From: an uncultured delta proteobacterium | GTDB lineage: Bacteria; Myxococcota; UBA727; VGSZ01 | Direction of reading: 5' to 3' | Assembly: GCA_963775425.1 (NCBI GenBank) | Contig: CAVZJB010000001.1 | Coordinates: 1-64,000 of the forward strand | DNA: 64,000 nucleotides | Shown: piece after piece, positions 53,076 through 63,842 of the stretch | How positions within the stretch are numbered: the first letter of the stretch is position 1 | How the letters are laid out: the number at the start of each line of letters is the position of its first letter | The notes under the pieces: model-generated | The model's database searches: none | What the model saw: only the letters and a program-made list of their open reading frames with translations | What the model was told of the DNA's origin: nothing | Made by a program: the position numbers and the translations under genes

Positions 53076-55202
53076 CTACTTCCGTTTCGCCATCAACCCA
53101 AAAGCCCGGTTCAGCTTCTGGTTGGCGGTCTCGTATTGGCCGGCGGCGAAGCCCGCGGCGGCGTCGCGTGCGAGGGGCTCGACCTTGTCGGCGATGTCGG
53201 GGCGCCGCGCGCGGTCGTAGACCTTGTTGAAGCGGTTGATCTTGGTGAGGACGAAGGCGCGATCGACCTTTTGCGCATCGACGGCCGCGCGCGCGCTCTG
53301 CACGAGGCGCTCGGCTTCGCCGCGCTTGCCGCGCGCGTTCAGGATGTGCGCGCGCTCGAGCTGCCGCGCGGCCTGTGGCATATCGAACGTGAGGATGCCC
53401 TTGCTCCTCATGGCGGCGCGCACCCGGCCGACGCCCTGCTCCACCCGCGGGTCCGCGTGCGGCCGGTGCGTCCCGTTTGGCGGCGGCGTCTCCACGGGCT
53501 GCGGCGTGTTGTCGAAGTTGAAGCCGCTGGCGTCGCCCTCGCCCTCGCCCTCGCCCTCGCCCTCGCCCTCGGCCGCGGCGCCGGCGTCGACGACGGCGGC
53601 CGGGTGATCGTCCTCGTGGTGATCGCCGGGCGCGACCTCGCCCTCGCCGCCGGTGTGCGCGGGGTCCGCGGCGGCGTGGTCGACGTCGGGGACGTCCGTC
53701 GCGACGCCGGACACGCCCGCGTCCGCGCCGCCGCCGCCGCCGCCGATGGCGACGCCGGCGACGATGACGATGACGGCGACCACGGCGGCGCCCGCGGCGA
53801 TGAGCCGCTTGTCGAAGCCCTTGCTGATGGCGGCGCGCTCGTCGCGCTCGAGGTCGAACTTGGCGATGCGCACCGTGGGCTCGAGCGGCCGCAGCGGCTC
53901 GTCGGGCACCGCCGGCGCCTCGACGGTGTCGCCCGGCTCCGCGTCCGCCTCCGCCGAGCGGTCGGTGGGGATGGAGGCGGGCCTCGTCGACGCGTCCGTC
54001 TTCTGCTCGGCCAACGGATCGGGCGCGGCCGCTCCCTCGGGGTGCTGATCGACGACGGCGCCGGTGACGAGCGGCAGCTCCCCGGAGGGCCCGTCGCCCA
54101 CGTGGGTGCCGAGCGACAGATCCGGCATGCGCGCGTCGACGACGGTCTGGCCTGCCTGGCCCTGGTTCGTCACCGTGATGGGCGGGTCGGGCAGCGCGCT
54201 GTTGTCACCCGGCGGCAGGGGCGTCTCGTGGGTGTGGTCGGCGGGCGACGACGACGACGGTGACGACGGCGACGGCGCGGCCTTTCCGTCCGAGGCGGCA
54301 TCGCGGATGACGCCCGACGGCGCCCAGCGGGCGAAGTCGCCGGTGGCGCCCCGGGTCGGCGGCTGGGCGCTGCTCTCGAACAGGCGCTCCACCTCGCCGA
54401 GCGCCTCCTCGAAGGCCTGGGCGGAGGCGAAGCGCGCCTCGGGGTCCTTCTCCATCGAGCGAGCGACGACGTCGGCGAGGCGCGCGGGCACGTCGGGCTG
54501 GATGATGTCGATCCGCTGCGGGGGCTGGCTGCGGATCATCTCGAGCATCTCGATGGCGCCCGCGGCGGCGTTGTAGGGCAGCTTGCCTGCGAGCGTGACG
54601 TAGGCCACGACGCCGAGCGAGTAGATGTCCGTGCGCACCGACGGCGACACGCCCGTGAAGATCTCCGGCGCGATGAAGCGCATGGAGCCGACGGCGGTGC
54701 CCGGCCGCGTCACCCGCGAGACGTCCTGCGCGGTGGCGGTGCCGAAGTCGAGGATCATCGGGTCGTCGCCGGCGCGCACGATGATGTTCGCCGGCTTGAG
54801 GTCGCGGTGGATGACGCCGGCGGCGTGCGCCGCGGCGAGCGCCGGACACACGCCGCGCAGGATGCGCGTGGCGCGCAAGGGGTCGAGGCGCCCCTCGTTC
54901 TTCAAGATCTTGAGGAGGGTCTGGCCCTCGACGTAGTCCATCGTGATGAAGAAGGCGTCGCCCTCCTCATGCAGATCGAAGAGGCGACACACGCCCGGGT
55001 GCGCGATGCGCCGCGCGAGCAAGAGCTCGCGCTTGAAGCGGTCGCGCACGGCGGTGTCCTGCGTCAGCCACGGGTGGAGGATCTTCACCGCCACCTGCGC
55101 GTCGAGCGCGGTGTCGGTCGCGATCCACACGACCCCGTGGCTGCCCTGCCCGATCTCTCGATCGAGCTGGAACCTGCCGAGCTTGTCTCCCACCTGCCAC
55201 AT
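53076..55202 (-). CDS. Membrane Ser/Thr protein kinase with an (EG)6 tract in the extracytoplasmic part
   Basis: IGQGSHG, VAVK, IHRDLKPAN, DFG, APE; one TM; AAEGEGEGEGEGEGD. Confidence 0.92.
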   Translation of the reverse strand: MWQVGDKLGRFQLDREIGQGSHGVVWIATDTALDAQVAVKILHPWLTQDTAVRDRFKRELLLARRIAHPGVCRLFDLHEEGDAFFITMDYVEGQTLLKILKNEGRLDPLRATRILRGVCPALAAAHAAGVIHRDLKPANIIVRAGDDPMILDFGTATAQDVSRVTRPGTAVGSMRFIAPEIFTGVSPSVRTDIYSLGVVAYVTLAGKLPYNAAAGAIEMLEMIRSQPPQRIDIIQPDVPARLADVVARSMEKDPEARFASAQAFEEALGEVERLFESSAQPPTRGATGDFARWAPSGVIRDAASDGKAAPSPSSPSSSSPADHTHETPLPPGDNSALPDPPITVTNQGQAGQTVVDARMPDLSLGTHVGDGPSGELPLVTGAVVDQHPEGAAAPDPLAEQKTDASTRPASIPTDRSAEADAEPGDTVEAPAVPDEPLRPLEPTVRIAKFDLERDERAAISKGFDKRLIAAGAAVVAVIVIVAGVAIGGGGGGADAGVSGVATDVPDVDHAAADPAHTGGEGEVAPGDHHEDDHPAAVVDAGAAAEGEGEGEGEGEGDASGFNFDNTPQPVETPPPNGTHRPHADPRVEQGVGRVRAAMRSKGILTFDMPQAARQLERAHILNARGKRGEAERLVQSARAAVDAQKVDRAFVLTKINRFNKVYDRARRPDIADKVEPLARDAAAGFAAGQYETANQKLNRAFGLMAKRK

Positions 55203-55324
55203 GCGCGACTCCATCTTAGAGCGGCTCCGTTCCACGCACGTCTTTTGGGGCAAGCCCAATTCGTTTGTGGCCCCGGAATCCCCCTTTTCGCTCGGCCGCC
55301 GGGGGGCCTGGTAGCATACGAGAC

Positions 55325-56175
55325 ATGCGCGCCTTCGTCGTCGCCCTGAGCCTGTGTGCCGTCTCCCTCGTCGCTGCCTGCGCCCTGATTTCCGGCGGAT
55401 ACGCATGCGACGGGTCGGAGAACTGCCCCGCCGCAGACACGTGCGTCGCCGGCGTCTGCCAGGCCGGCGAAGGAGAAGGCGAAGGAGAAGAAGGCGAAGG
55501 CGAGGGCGAAGGCGAAGGAGAAGGAGAGGGCGAAGGAGAAGGCGAGGGCGAAGGAGAGGGCGAGGGCGAGGGCGAAGGCGAAGGAGAAGGAGAAGGAGAG
55601 GGCGAGGGCGAGGGCGAAGGAGAAGGAGAGGGTGAAGGCGAGGGTGAGGGTGAGGGAGAAGGAGAGGGCGAAGGAGAAGGCGACGGCTGCATCCTCGTCG
55701 CCGGCGACGTCAACGCGACCAACAACGGCGGCCGGCCCAACTTCCCCGGCAGCACCGAGTGCATCGACCTCATCGGCAGCGTCACGCTGTCGGGCAACCT
55801 GAACGACCTCGGCGACCAGCTCCCGCGGCTGCACAACGTCAACGGCTCGTTCACCGTCAACAGCCCCAACCTCGGCAGCGCCGCCTTCGACGCGCTCACG
55901 CAGCTCGACACCATCGACGGCGACGTCACCATCGAGAACTTCGGGGCCGGCTACGGCGCGGTCTCGCTCGGCACCGTCCGACTCATCACCGGCGACCTCA
56001 GCGTCGTGGACAACACGCAGGCCACGGCGATCGCCCTGCCCGCGCTCACCAACGTCGCCGGCAGCACCACGGTCACGGGCAACACCGCGCTGTGCACGAG
56101 CGTGATCGACGCGTTCTTCTCCCGGGTGAGCTCCACCGGCGGGGAGACGCAGAGCGGCAACAAGGAAGGCTGCTG

Positions 56176-56176
<1 letters not shown>
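55325..56176 (+). CDS. Lipoprotein: small Cys module, 72-residue G/E tract, receptor-L-like beta-solenoid
   Basis: Lipobox VAAC; CDGSENCPAADTCVAGVC; LHNVNGSF, LDTIDGDV, LTNVAGST repeats. Confidence 0.85.
55466..55681 (+). repeat. Coding hexamer microsatellite (GE)n
   Basis: 216 nt of GGN-GAR codons with mixed synonymous usage. Confidence 0.95.
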
Positions 56177-56925
<749 letters not shown>

Positions 56926-56973
56926 GCAGGGCTTGCCCCCCTCCGGATATGCGCCTGCGGGGGCGCGTGCGGG

Positions 56974-57414
56974 TCACCGCAGGACGCGGCGCAGCTTGGC
57001 GACGAGCTCGAAGTAGGTCTTCTTGTCGTACGGCTCGTTCAGGATGTGGAAGTCCTTCTTGGACAACCCCACGCACCCGAAGCAGTAGGTGCAGTCCGCG
57101 CAGGCCTCGCACTTCTCGAGGTACTTGCTGCCCACGCAGCGCTGGCTCGACGAGCAATAGGCGCTCTGGTGGCAGGACTCGCAGTCCTTGCAGTGCGTGC
57201 AGTTGGAGCACTGGGTGGAGCGCTCGCAGTGCGTGCAGCGATAGCAGTCGATGCACGACGAGCAGAACATGCACGCGGAGCAGGAGCGGCAGTCCTTGAG
57301 CTGGAACCCGAGCGGGTTGTCGGCGCCGCGCGTGTAGGCGCCCTTGAGCTCGGCCAGGGCCCTCTCGAACTCGCGCGCGTCGAGGGGGGCGGTCGCGCGT
57401 TCGGTGGCCGTCAC
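56974..57414 (-). CDS. Cytoplasmic Cys-x-x repeat protein (20 Cys)
   Basis: DCRSCSACMFCSSCIDCYRCTHC...CTYCFGCVGLSKKDFHILNEPY. GTG overlaps the porin stop. Confidence 0.82.
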   Translation of the reverse strand: MTATERATAPLDAREFERALAELKGAYTRGADNPLGFQLKDCRSCSACMFCSSCIDCYRCTHCERSTQCSNCTHCKDCESCHQSAYCSSSQRCVGSKYLEKCEACADCTYCFGCVGLSKKDFHILNEPYDKKTYFELVAKLRRVLR

Positions 57415-58868
57415 AGCTCGATCTGGAACAGCGCCGTGAGGCGGTTGTCGGCGATGTCGCGCGCCTGGACGTTGTGAGCGAGGTCCCCGAGCTCGGTGAG
57501 CACGGTGTAGTCGACGAGGAACGACAGCGGCAGCTTCCGCGCGTCGCCGTCGACGCGGACGCCGATGGTGTTTTCGAGGAGCTGATCGGTCTGGAACGAG
57601 CTCGAGGGATCGTAGAAGGACACGCGGTACGCGGGCGTGACGCTCACGCCGAAGTCGTCGACGAGGTCGAGCTTGTAGCCGAGCCACAAGGCGGCGCCCG
57701 ACGCCGTCTCCTGGCCCGCGGGGTTTTGCGGATCGGGCACCAGCGTGGTGAGCGCCGTCTGGCGCCCCTCGAGCTCCACCACCGCCTCGAAGCCCGCGAC
57801 GTCGACCTCGCTGTCGACGAAGAGCACGGCGTCGGTCTCCGTGTAGAGGTTCGGCAGCGTGCCCACGGTGCGCGGGTTGAAGCGGCCGCCGACGCCGACC
57901 TTGAGGATGTCGCCCCAGCCGCTGCCGAGGCGCAGGTAGGCCGCGGGCAGCTTGTTGTCGTTGCCGAGCAGGTTCTGGCCGTTGCCGTTGCTGATGCCGA
58001 GCCGGTACTCGAGCGGGATGTCCGCGTTGAGGCGCAGGCCCTCGGCGCTGCCGACGACGATGCCGATCTGCCGCCCGGGGGACAGGCCGGCGACGGCGTT
58101 GCCCTCGCCGTTGCGCACGCCGCCGGCCATGACGGACGGGTGCGTGAAGGGGATCTCGGCGGCGACGTCGCCGCCCTCGTACTCGGACGGCATGATCTGC
58201 TGCCCGGCCTGCACGATGATCCAGCGCGACGGCGTCCACGCCACCCACGCGTCGGTGGCCGCCGCCAGCAGCGGGGTGATCGGGTCGTTGGGGTGGCCGC
58301 CCGGCAGGAGGCTCGCGGTCTCGACGGTGAGCTTGAAGCGCACGCGGTTTTCCACGTTGCCCTCGGCGCCGATGCGCGCGGAGTCGAGGAAGAAGCCGTC
58401 GTTCTCGCCGATGTAGAGGATCTGGCTGTCGGGCTCCACGAACTTGAAGCCCGGGCGGATGCGCACCTTGGGCCAGATCGCGACGACGTCGTTCTTGAAG
58501 CACAGGAGCGTGCCGTCGGGGCAGCCGAGCTCGGGCTCCGCCCACGGCGGAAACGCGCTCCTCGTCGCCTCCGCGGCCGGCTGCGCGGCCGTCGCGGCCG
58601 GCTCGTCGGCCGCGGGCTTGTCGGCCGCGGGCGTGCCGGCCGCGGGTGTGCCGGCCGCGGGTGTGCCGGCCGCGGGCTTGTCGGCCGGCGCGTCGGCCGC
58701 GGGCTTGTCGGCGGGCGCGTCCGCCGCGGGCGCGGGCTTGTCGGCCGGCTTGTCCGCGGGGGCGGGGGCGGGGGCCGACGGGGCTTCGCCCTCGGCGAGC
58801 GCGGCCGTGGCGCTGGACAGGGCACCGGCCAGGGCGAACAGCGGGAGCGACAACAGGGGGGCGCGCAT
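57411..58868 (-). CDS. Putative porin (OprO/OprP-like outer-membrane beta-barrel)
   Basis: Signal peptide; ADKPA repeats; GFFLDSARIG, TDAWVAW, GRQIG, SNGNG; ends LFQIEL. Confidence 0.75.
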   Translation of the reverse strand: MRAPLLSLPLFALAGALSSATAALAEGEAPSAPAPAPADKPADKPAPAADAPADKPAADAPADKPAAGTPAAGTPAAGTPAADKPAADEPAATAAQPAAEATRSAFPPWAEPELGCPDGTLLCFKNDVVAIWPKVRIRPGFKFVEPDSQILYIGENDGFFLDSARIGAEGNVENRVRFKLTVETASLLPGGHPNDPITPLLAAATDAWVAWTPSRWIIVQAGQQIMPSEYEGGDVAAEIPFTHPSVMAGGVRNGEGNAVAGLSPGRQIGIVVGSAEGLRLNADIPLEYRLGISNGNGQNLLGNDNKLPAAYLRLGSGWGDILKVGVGGRFNPRTVGTLPNLYTETDAVLFVDSEVDVAGFEAVVELEGRQTALTTLVPDPQNPAGQETASGAALWLGYKLDLVDDFGVSVTPAYRVSFYDPSSSFQTDQLLENTIGVRVDGDARKLPLSFLVDYTVLTELGDLAHNVQARDIADNRLTALFQIEL

Positions 58869-58925
58869 GGGAGTCCTCCGACGCGCGTTCGTCTATCTCA
58901 ACCGTGCGGCCACGTCACTCTCCGG

Positions 58926-59363
58926 TCACTCTCCCTGGGCGGCGATGACGACGCGGCCGATGCCCTCCTCCTTCACCTTGTCCATGACCTCGACGACGCG
59001 GCCGTGGAGGACCTCGGCGTCGGCCTGGATGATCACCATCCCGGTCGGGTGGTCCTTGCGCCAATCGTCGAGGATCGGGGGCAGATCGTCGGTGCCCACG
59101 GACTTCCCGCGGACCACGAGCAGGCCCTCCTTGGTGAGGGCGATGACCAGGTCGTGCTCCTGGATCTTCTTGTCCGCCGCCGCCGCCGCCGGCAGCTCCA
59201 CCACCAGCCCGCTGCTGGTGGCCCCGGTGGTGAAGCTCGTCGACAGGATGAAGAAGACCAGCAGGTTGAAGATGATGTCGACGAAGCTCGTGACGTTGAG
59301 CTCGATCTGCATCCGCCTGGCCTTCTTGCCGCCGCGAAAGTCCACGTCGCCAATGTAGGTCAC
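58926..59363 (-). CDS. exbD: Biopolymer transport protein ExbD/TolR
   Basis: LNVTSFVDIIFNLLVFFIL; IQADAEVLHGRVVEVMD. Confidence 0.88.
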   Translation of the reverse strand: MTYIGDVDFRGGKKARRMQIELNVTSFVDIIFNLLVFFILSTSFTTGATSSGLVVELPAAAAADKKIQEHDLVIALTKEGLLVVRGKSVGTDDLPPILDDWRKDHPTGMVIIQADAEVLHGRVVEVMDKVKEEGIGRVVIAAQGE

Positions 59364-59388
59364 CGGGGGCTGCTAGTCTTGTGTCCGT

Positions 59389-61701
59389 ATGGTCCGATCC
59401 CGATCCGGCGTGTCCTCCCCGGGGGAACCCACGCGCGCCGAGCGCGGCCCTGCGCCCCGCGTGGCGTCGGCGTCGTCGTCCGCGTCGGGGACGGGGCGCG
59501 GGCGCGGGCGCGCGAGCGCGAGCGGCAGCGGGGGCGCGGGCGCCTCCCTGCTCGCCGACGACGAGATCGAGGAGGAGACCCTCAGCGCCGACGATCACCG
59601 CCGGCCGGCGACGGAGCCGCTGCCGGCGAGCGAGCGGCCCTTCGGCCGCTACCACCTGCTCCGCCGGCTCGCTTACGGCGGCATGGGCGAGATCTTCCTC
59701 GCGCGCCAGGGCGGCGTGGGCTCGCTCGCCACCGTCGAGAAGCTCGTCGTCATCAAGCGGATCCTCGGGCACATGAAGCGGGACGAGAAGCACCGCCGCA
59801 TGTTCCTCGACGAGGCGCGGCTCCAGGCGCTCCTGAACAACCCCCACATCGTGCAGATCCACGACATGGGGGAGGAGAACGGCCACGTCTACCTCGCCAT
59901 GGAGCACGTGCACGGCCCCTCGTGGCGTGCGCTCATCGATCGCTGCCGCAAGAACCGCGAGCACATCCCGCTCGCGCATGTCTGCGCGATGATGGCGCAG
60001 GCGGCGCGCGGGCTCTCCTACGCGCACAACCTCGTCGACGTCACGGGCTCGCCGCTGCGCATCGTCCACCGGGACATCAACCCGCACAACATCCTCGTCA
60101 CCTACGACGGCGAGGTGAAGCTCATCGACTTCGGCATCGCCAAGAGCGAGCTCGCGGACGGCAACACCGAGACGGGCACCATCAAGGGCAAGTTCTCGTA
60201 CATGTCCCCGGAGCAGAGCGCGGCGCTGCCCCTCGACGCGCGCAGCGACATCTTCACCCTCGGCATCTGTCTGTACGAGCTCATCACGCTCGAAAACCCG
60301 TTCCGCAAGGGCAACGTCGTGCTCTCGCTCGAGGCCATCCAGCGCGAGACGCCGGCGCCCCTCGCAAAGAAGCGCAAGGACGCGGCGGTGCTGCAGTCCG
60401 TCGTCGACCGTTGCCTCGCCAAGGACCGCGAGGATCGCTTCGACGACGCCGGCGAGGTCGCCGTCGCCCTCGAGGCCCTGCTGCACGACGGCGTGATCCC
60501 GCCGGCGGCGCAGTCGCTCGGCGCCTGGCTGCGCGAGCGCTTCACCGACGCCATCGCCGAGCACCTGCACATCCTCGAGCAGACCGGCTCCACCGGCGCC
60601 CTCGTCACCCGCGGCTCCGATGCGTCCTTGCCCCGGCGGCGCCCGTCGCTGCCGTCGGACGGCCGGGTCGGGCCCAACGACCCCACCGCGGCGCGCCTCG
60701 ACCTGCCGTCGCCCGCCGAGCTCACCGTCGCCGCGCCCGAGCCCCTTGAGGCCGCGCCCGTGGAGCTGACGTCGCAGACCCCCGCGGAGTCCTACGACGT
60801 CTCCTCGATGTCGGTGGTGGCGCAAAAGCCGCGCTCCCGCGTGCCCATCGTCGCCGCCGCCGCGTTCCTCATCGTCGTGCTCGGGCTCGGCGTCGGCGTC
60901 GCCGTCGCGTTCGCCGTGGAGCCCGAGGCCGCCGGCGCCCTGCTCGCCGCCGCCGTCGACTCCGTGGACCGGAGCGCGCCGCCGCCGATCCCCGCGCTGC
61001 CGACCGCGCTGCCGACCCCGGGCCAGCCCCCGGAGCTGACCACCGCGCCCGCGGACCCGGGCAAGGACCCGCCCGCCACGGGCGGCGCCGACCCCGCCGG
61101 CACCCCCGACACGGGCAGCCCAGACACGGGCAGCCCAGACACGGGCAGCCCAGACACGGGCAGCCCAGACACGGGCAGCCCCGACACGGGCGCCGCCGAC
61201 ACGGGCAGCCCCGACACGGGCGCCCCCGACACGGGCAGCCCCGACACGGGCGACACGGGCGCGACGGGCGATCCCGGCGGCGAGGCCCGCGACGACGTCG
61301 TCGCCAAGCCGCGGCACCACGTGCGCCACGCCGAGGCGTCATCGACGCGGCACAAGCACGTGGAGCCCGACAAGAAGCCGCCGGCGAAGCCCGTGGTGGC
61401 CTCGGTGTCGGTGACGTCCGAGGGCTACGCCGTGCGGGGCGGGCGGAAGATCTACGAGGGCGAGGCCACCACGCTGTCCATCAACCACGACGACGGGGCG
61501 CCCTTCACCGTGCGCTTCAAGGTGCGGGCGGACTCCTTCGACGTCGACAGCGAGCCCTGGGCCATCGTGCGCGTGAACGGCCTCGGCAAGGGGCGCACGC
61601 CCCAGCGCGGCCTCCCGCTCGGCACCCGGCGCGCCCAGATCGAGCTCGTGAATCCCGCCGGCGGCAAGATGACGGTATCGTTGAAGCTCACGCCCAAGTA
61701 G
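59389..61701 (+). CDS. Membrane Ser/Thr protein kinase with PEGA-like C-terminus
   Basis: LAYGGMGEIF, VIKR, VHRDINPHN, DFG, GKFSYMSPEQ; TM; DSEPWAIVRVNG. Start uncertain. Confidence 0.92.
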   Translation: MVRSRSGVSSPGEPTRAERGPAPRVASASSSASGTGRGRGRASASGSGGAGASLLADDEIEEETLSADDHRRPATEPLPASERPFGRYHLLRRLAYGGMGEIFLARQGGVGSLATVEKLVVIKRILGHMKRDEKHRRMFLDEARLQALLNNPHIVQIHDMGEENGHVYLAMEHVHGPSWRALIDRCRKNREHIPLAHVCAMMAQAARGLSYAHNLVDVTGSPLRIVHRDINPHNILVTYDGEVKLIDFGIAKSELADGNTETGTIKGKFSYMSPEQSAALPLDARSDIFTLGICLYELITLENPFRKGNVVLSLEAIQRETPAPLAKKRKDAAVLQSVVDRCLAKDREDRFDDAGEVAVALEALLHDGVIPPAAQSLGAWLRERFTDAIAEHLHILEQTGSTGALVTRGSDASLPRRRPSLPSDGRVGPNDPTAARLDLPSPAELTVAAPEPLEAAPVELTSQTPAESYDVSSMSVVAQKPRSRVPIVAAAAFLIVVLGLGVGVAVAFAVEPEAAGALLAAAVDSVDRSAPPPIPALPTALPTPGQPPELTTAPADPGKDPPATGGADPAGTPDTGSPDTGSPDTGSPDTGSPDTGSPDTGAADTGSPDTGAPDTGSPDTGDTGATGDPGGEARDDVVAKPRHHVRHAEASSTRHKHVEPDKKPPAKPVVASVSVTSEGYAVRGGRKIYEGEATTLSINHDDGAPFTVRFKVRADSFDVDSEPWAIVRVNGLGKGRTPQRGLPLGTRRAQIELVNPAGGKMTVSLKLTPK
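61108..61260 (+). repeat. Coding 15-bp tandem repeat (DTGSP)n
   Basis: GACACGGGCAGCCC(A/C), about nine units with variants. Confidence 0.85.
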
Positions 61702-61717
61702 GGCATGACCGGTCTCG

Positions 61718-62983
61718 ATGAGTCATCCGCTGAAGCCACGCTTTGATGCTGTCCGCCGTGAGCTGGAGCAGAAGTTCCTCGCCAAGGAGGAGATCATCCG
61801 CCTCATGCTCGTGGCGGCCGTGGCCGGCGAGCACATGGTGCTCATCGGGCCGCCCGGCACCGCCAAGTCCGCGCTGATCCGCGCCTTCGCGCGGCTGATG
61901 GACGCGCGCTACTTCGAGTACCTGCTCACGCGCTTCTCGGAGCCCAACGAGCTGTTCGGCCCCGTGGACATCCAGAGCTTCCGCTCGGGCGCCTACCGCC
62001 GCGTCGTCACCAACATGCTCCCCGAGGCGGAGATCGTCTTCCTCGACGAGGCCTTCAAGGCCAACTCCGCCATCCTCAACTCGCTGCTCACGCTCCTGAA
62101 CGAGCGCCGCTTCAACAACGGCAGCCAGCTCGTGAAGGTGCCGCTCATCTCCCTGTACGCGGCGTCCAACGAGGTGCCGTCGAGCGACAACCTCGACGCC
62201 ATCTTCGACCGCTTCCTGCTGCGCGTGCACAGCGACAACCTCGACAGCTACCACTTCCACGAATTGATGACGAAGGGCCTGGCCCTCGAGCGCGCCTCCA
62301 CCCGCGACGAGACCGGCGCGGTGCCTGCGCCGCCGCCGCTCCCGCCGTTCAAGGAGGCCTCGGGCGAGTACGGCAAGGCCAACCCCGCCGCGCCCGGCGC
62401 GCGCGGGTCGACGCTGCTGTCTGCCGCCGATCTGCACACCTGCCGGCGCACGCTGCTGGATCGCGTCGAGTTCCCCGAGGAATTCCTCGCCACCTACAAG
62501 GGCCTGTGCTTCCAGCTCCGCGGCGAGGGCATCACGCTCTCGGACCGCCGCGTCGTCCGGCTGTTGAAGCTCTTCGCGGCGTCGGCGTTCATCGAGGGGC
62601 GGACGCGGGTGCACGAGGGCGACCTCTTCATCCTGCGCCACGTGTGGAACAACCTCGACCAGCGCGAGATCCTCGACGACGTCGTCGAGCCCGTGATCGC
62701 CCAGTACTACGCCGAGCACCCCGACGACCGCCCCCACCAGGTCGCGGCGGACATCGACCGGCTGGTGAGCGAGCTGAACCTCGTGCACCGCATGCTCACC
62801 CAGGGCGGCGAGCTGTCGGACATCCAGCTCTTCACGCAGCTGCGCAACTTGAACGACCTGCGCTCGGCCTTCTCGGCCCACGGCGGCGACACCGCCCAGC
62901 GCATGATCAAGCAGATCGACGTGCTCCTCGAGCAGATCTTCGAGGGCGGCCGCTTCGCCGGCAACCAACCCGCCGTGCGCTGA
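61718..62983 (+). CDS. MoxR/RavA-family AAA+ ATPase
   Basis: GPPGTAKS, FEYLLTRFSEPNELFGP, FLDEAFKANSAILNSLLTLLNER, AASNE, DRFLLR, LSDRR. Confidence 0.9.
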   Translation: MSHPLKPRFDAVRRELEQKFLAKEEIIRLMLVAAVAGEHMVLIGPPGTAKSALIRAFARLMDARYFEYLLTRFSEPNELFGPVDIQSFRSGAYRRVVTNMLPEAEIVFLDEAFKANSAILNSLLTLLNERRFNNGSQLVKVPLISLYAASNEVPSSDNLDAIFDRFLLRVHSDNLDSYHFHELMTKGLALERASTRDETGAVPAPPPLPPFKEASGEYGKANPAAPGARGSTLLSAADLHTCRRTLLDRVEFPEEFLATYKGLCFQLRGEGITLSDRRVVRLLKLFAASAFIEGRTRVHEGDLFILRHVWNNLDQREILDDVVEPVIAQYYAEHPDDRPHQVAADIDRLVSELNLVHRMLTQGGELSDIQLFTQLRNLNDLRSAFSAHGGDTAQRMIKQIDVLLEQIFEGGRFAGNQPAVR

Positions 62984-63057
62984 AGGCTGACGAAAGACAA
63001 GGCTCGTAGCAGCACTCGGCGAAGCCGCCCACAAGGTGGCTCGCCGCGCGGAGTACG
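62981..63057 (+). repeat. Stop-codon-anchored structured repeat, module A, copy 3
   Basis: TGA-AGGCTGACGAAAGACAAG plus the identical 56-nt core. Confidence 0.92.
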
Positions 63058-63145
63058 GGCCAGCCCCGAAAAGACACGCGCGGCCTCGGAGGGCCGCGCG
63101 CGGATCGACGGGGGGAGGGGACGTCGATCGAGAGATCGATTCGAA

Positions 63146-63700
63146 TCAGCCGATGGGCTGGGTGGCGCCGTCGAGGCTGTCGCCGGCGTGGGAGCAGCCG
63201 TCGCCGGCGGCGTTGGCGTCGGCGATGTGCTGGGAGAGCGCGCTCTGGTCGACGTCGCCGGGGACGTTCTGGCAGACCTGCGAGCAGCCTTCGCAGCCGC
63301 ACTGCTGCGAGCACTGCTGCTGGTCGGGCGGGCTGAGGTCGTCGCTGATCTCCGAGCCCGCCTCGGCGGCGAGCGCCGAGACGCGCACGGCGTCGGCGAC
63401 GTCGGGGTCATTGGGGTCGAGCGACTGGGCGTCCTGCTGCACCTGGGTCGCGATGCCGGCGAGCTGGATGGCGAGCTCCTGGGCCTGCGCCCGGTCGCGC
63501 ACGGTGCCCGCCTGTGCGGCGAGGTACGCCTGCGACGCCGCCGCGCGGATGTTGCCCACGAGGGCCGCGTGCACGTCCTGGCTCGGCTGCGTCGCCGCGT
63601 CGTCCACCGGCTTGCCGCTCACCGACGACACCGGGTCGTAGGCGCCGCCGAAGCAGGCGGACAGGGAGAGGGCGGCGGTGGCGGCGAGGAGAATGCGCAT
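63146..63700 (-). CDS. Lipoprotein with Cys cluster (CSQQCGCEGCSQVC)
   Basis: Lipobox LSAC; GGAGG upstream of the ATG. Confidence 0.78.
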   Translation of the reverse strand: MRILLAATAALSLSACFGGAYDPVSSVSGKPVDDAATQPSQDVHAALVGNIRAAASQAYLAAQAGTVRDRAQAQELAIQLAGIATQVQQDAQSLDPNDPDVADAVRVSALAAEAGSEISDDLSPPDQQQCSQQCGCEGCSQVCQNVPGDVDQSALSQHIADANAAGDGCSHAGDSLDGATQPIG

Positions 63701-63842
63701 CGGGGGACCTCCGTGGGCTCCCTCCTTTTTCACGCGCCGTGCCCGGGAGGCCGCCGCGTCCGGCCGCGGTGTAACCCTGGGGCGGCAGCCCTCGATCGCG
63801 GGGCGCGGGGTGGGGCGACCCCGCGCCCGCCGGGGGCGACGC

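Noticed and set aside
55216-55932. (SP)n ORF and FAFALA ORF on the minus strand
   Set aside because: Antisense readings of the GE microsatellite. The plus frame has a lipobox and a paralog.
61108-61260. Tandem repeats as a CRISPR array
   Set aside because: 15-bp in-frame units with no unique spacers and no cas genes. The same applies to the repeats at 12 kb, 18.8 kb and 58.6 kb.
62984-63030. Module A as a hammerhead ribozyme (contains CTGACGA)
   Set aside because: No stem II followed by GAAA and no stem I/III arrangement could be built.
63728-63750. Sigma-54 promoter upstream of the 63146-63700 lipoprotein (GGGCACG-N4-GTGA on the minus strand)
   Set aside because: The -12 GC dinucleotide is missing; too weak to call.
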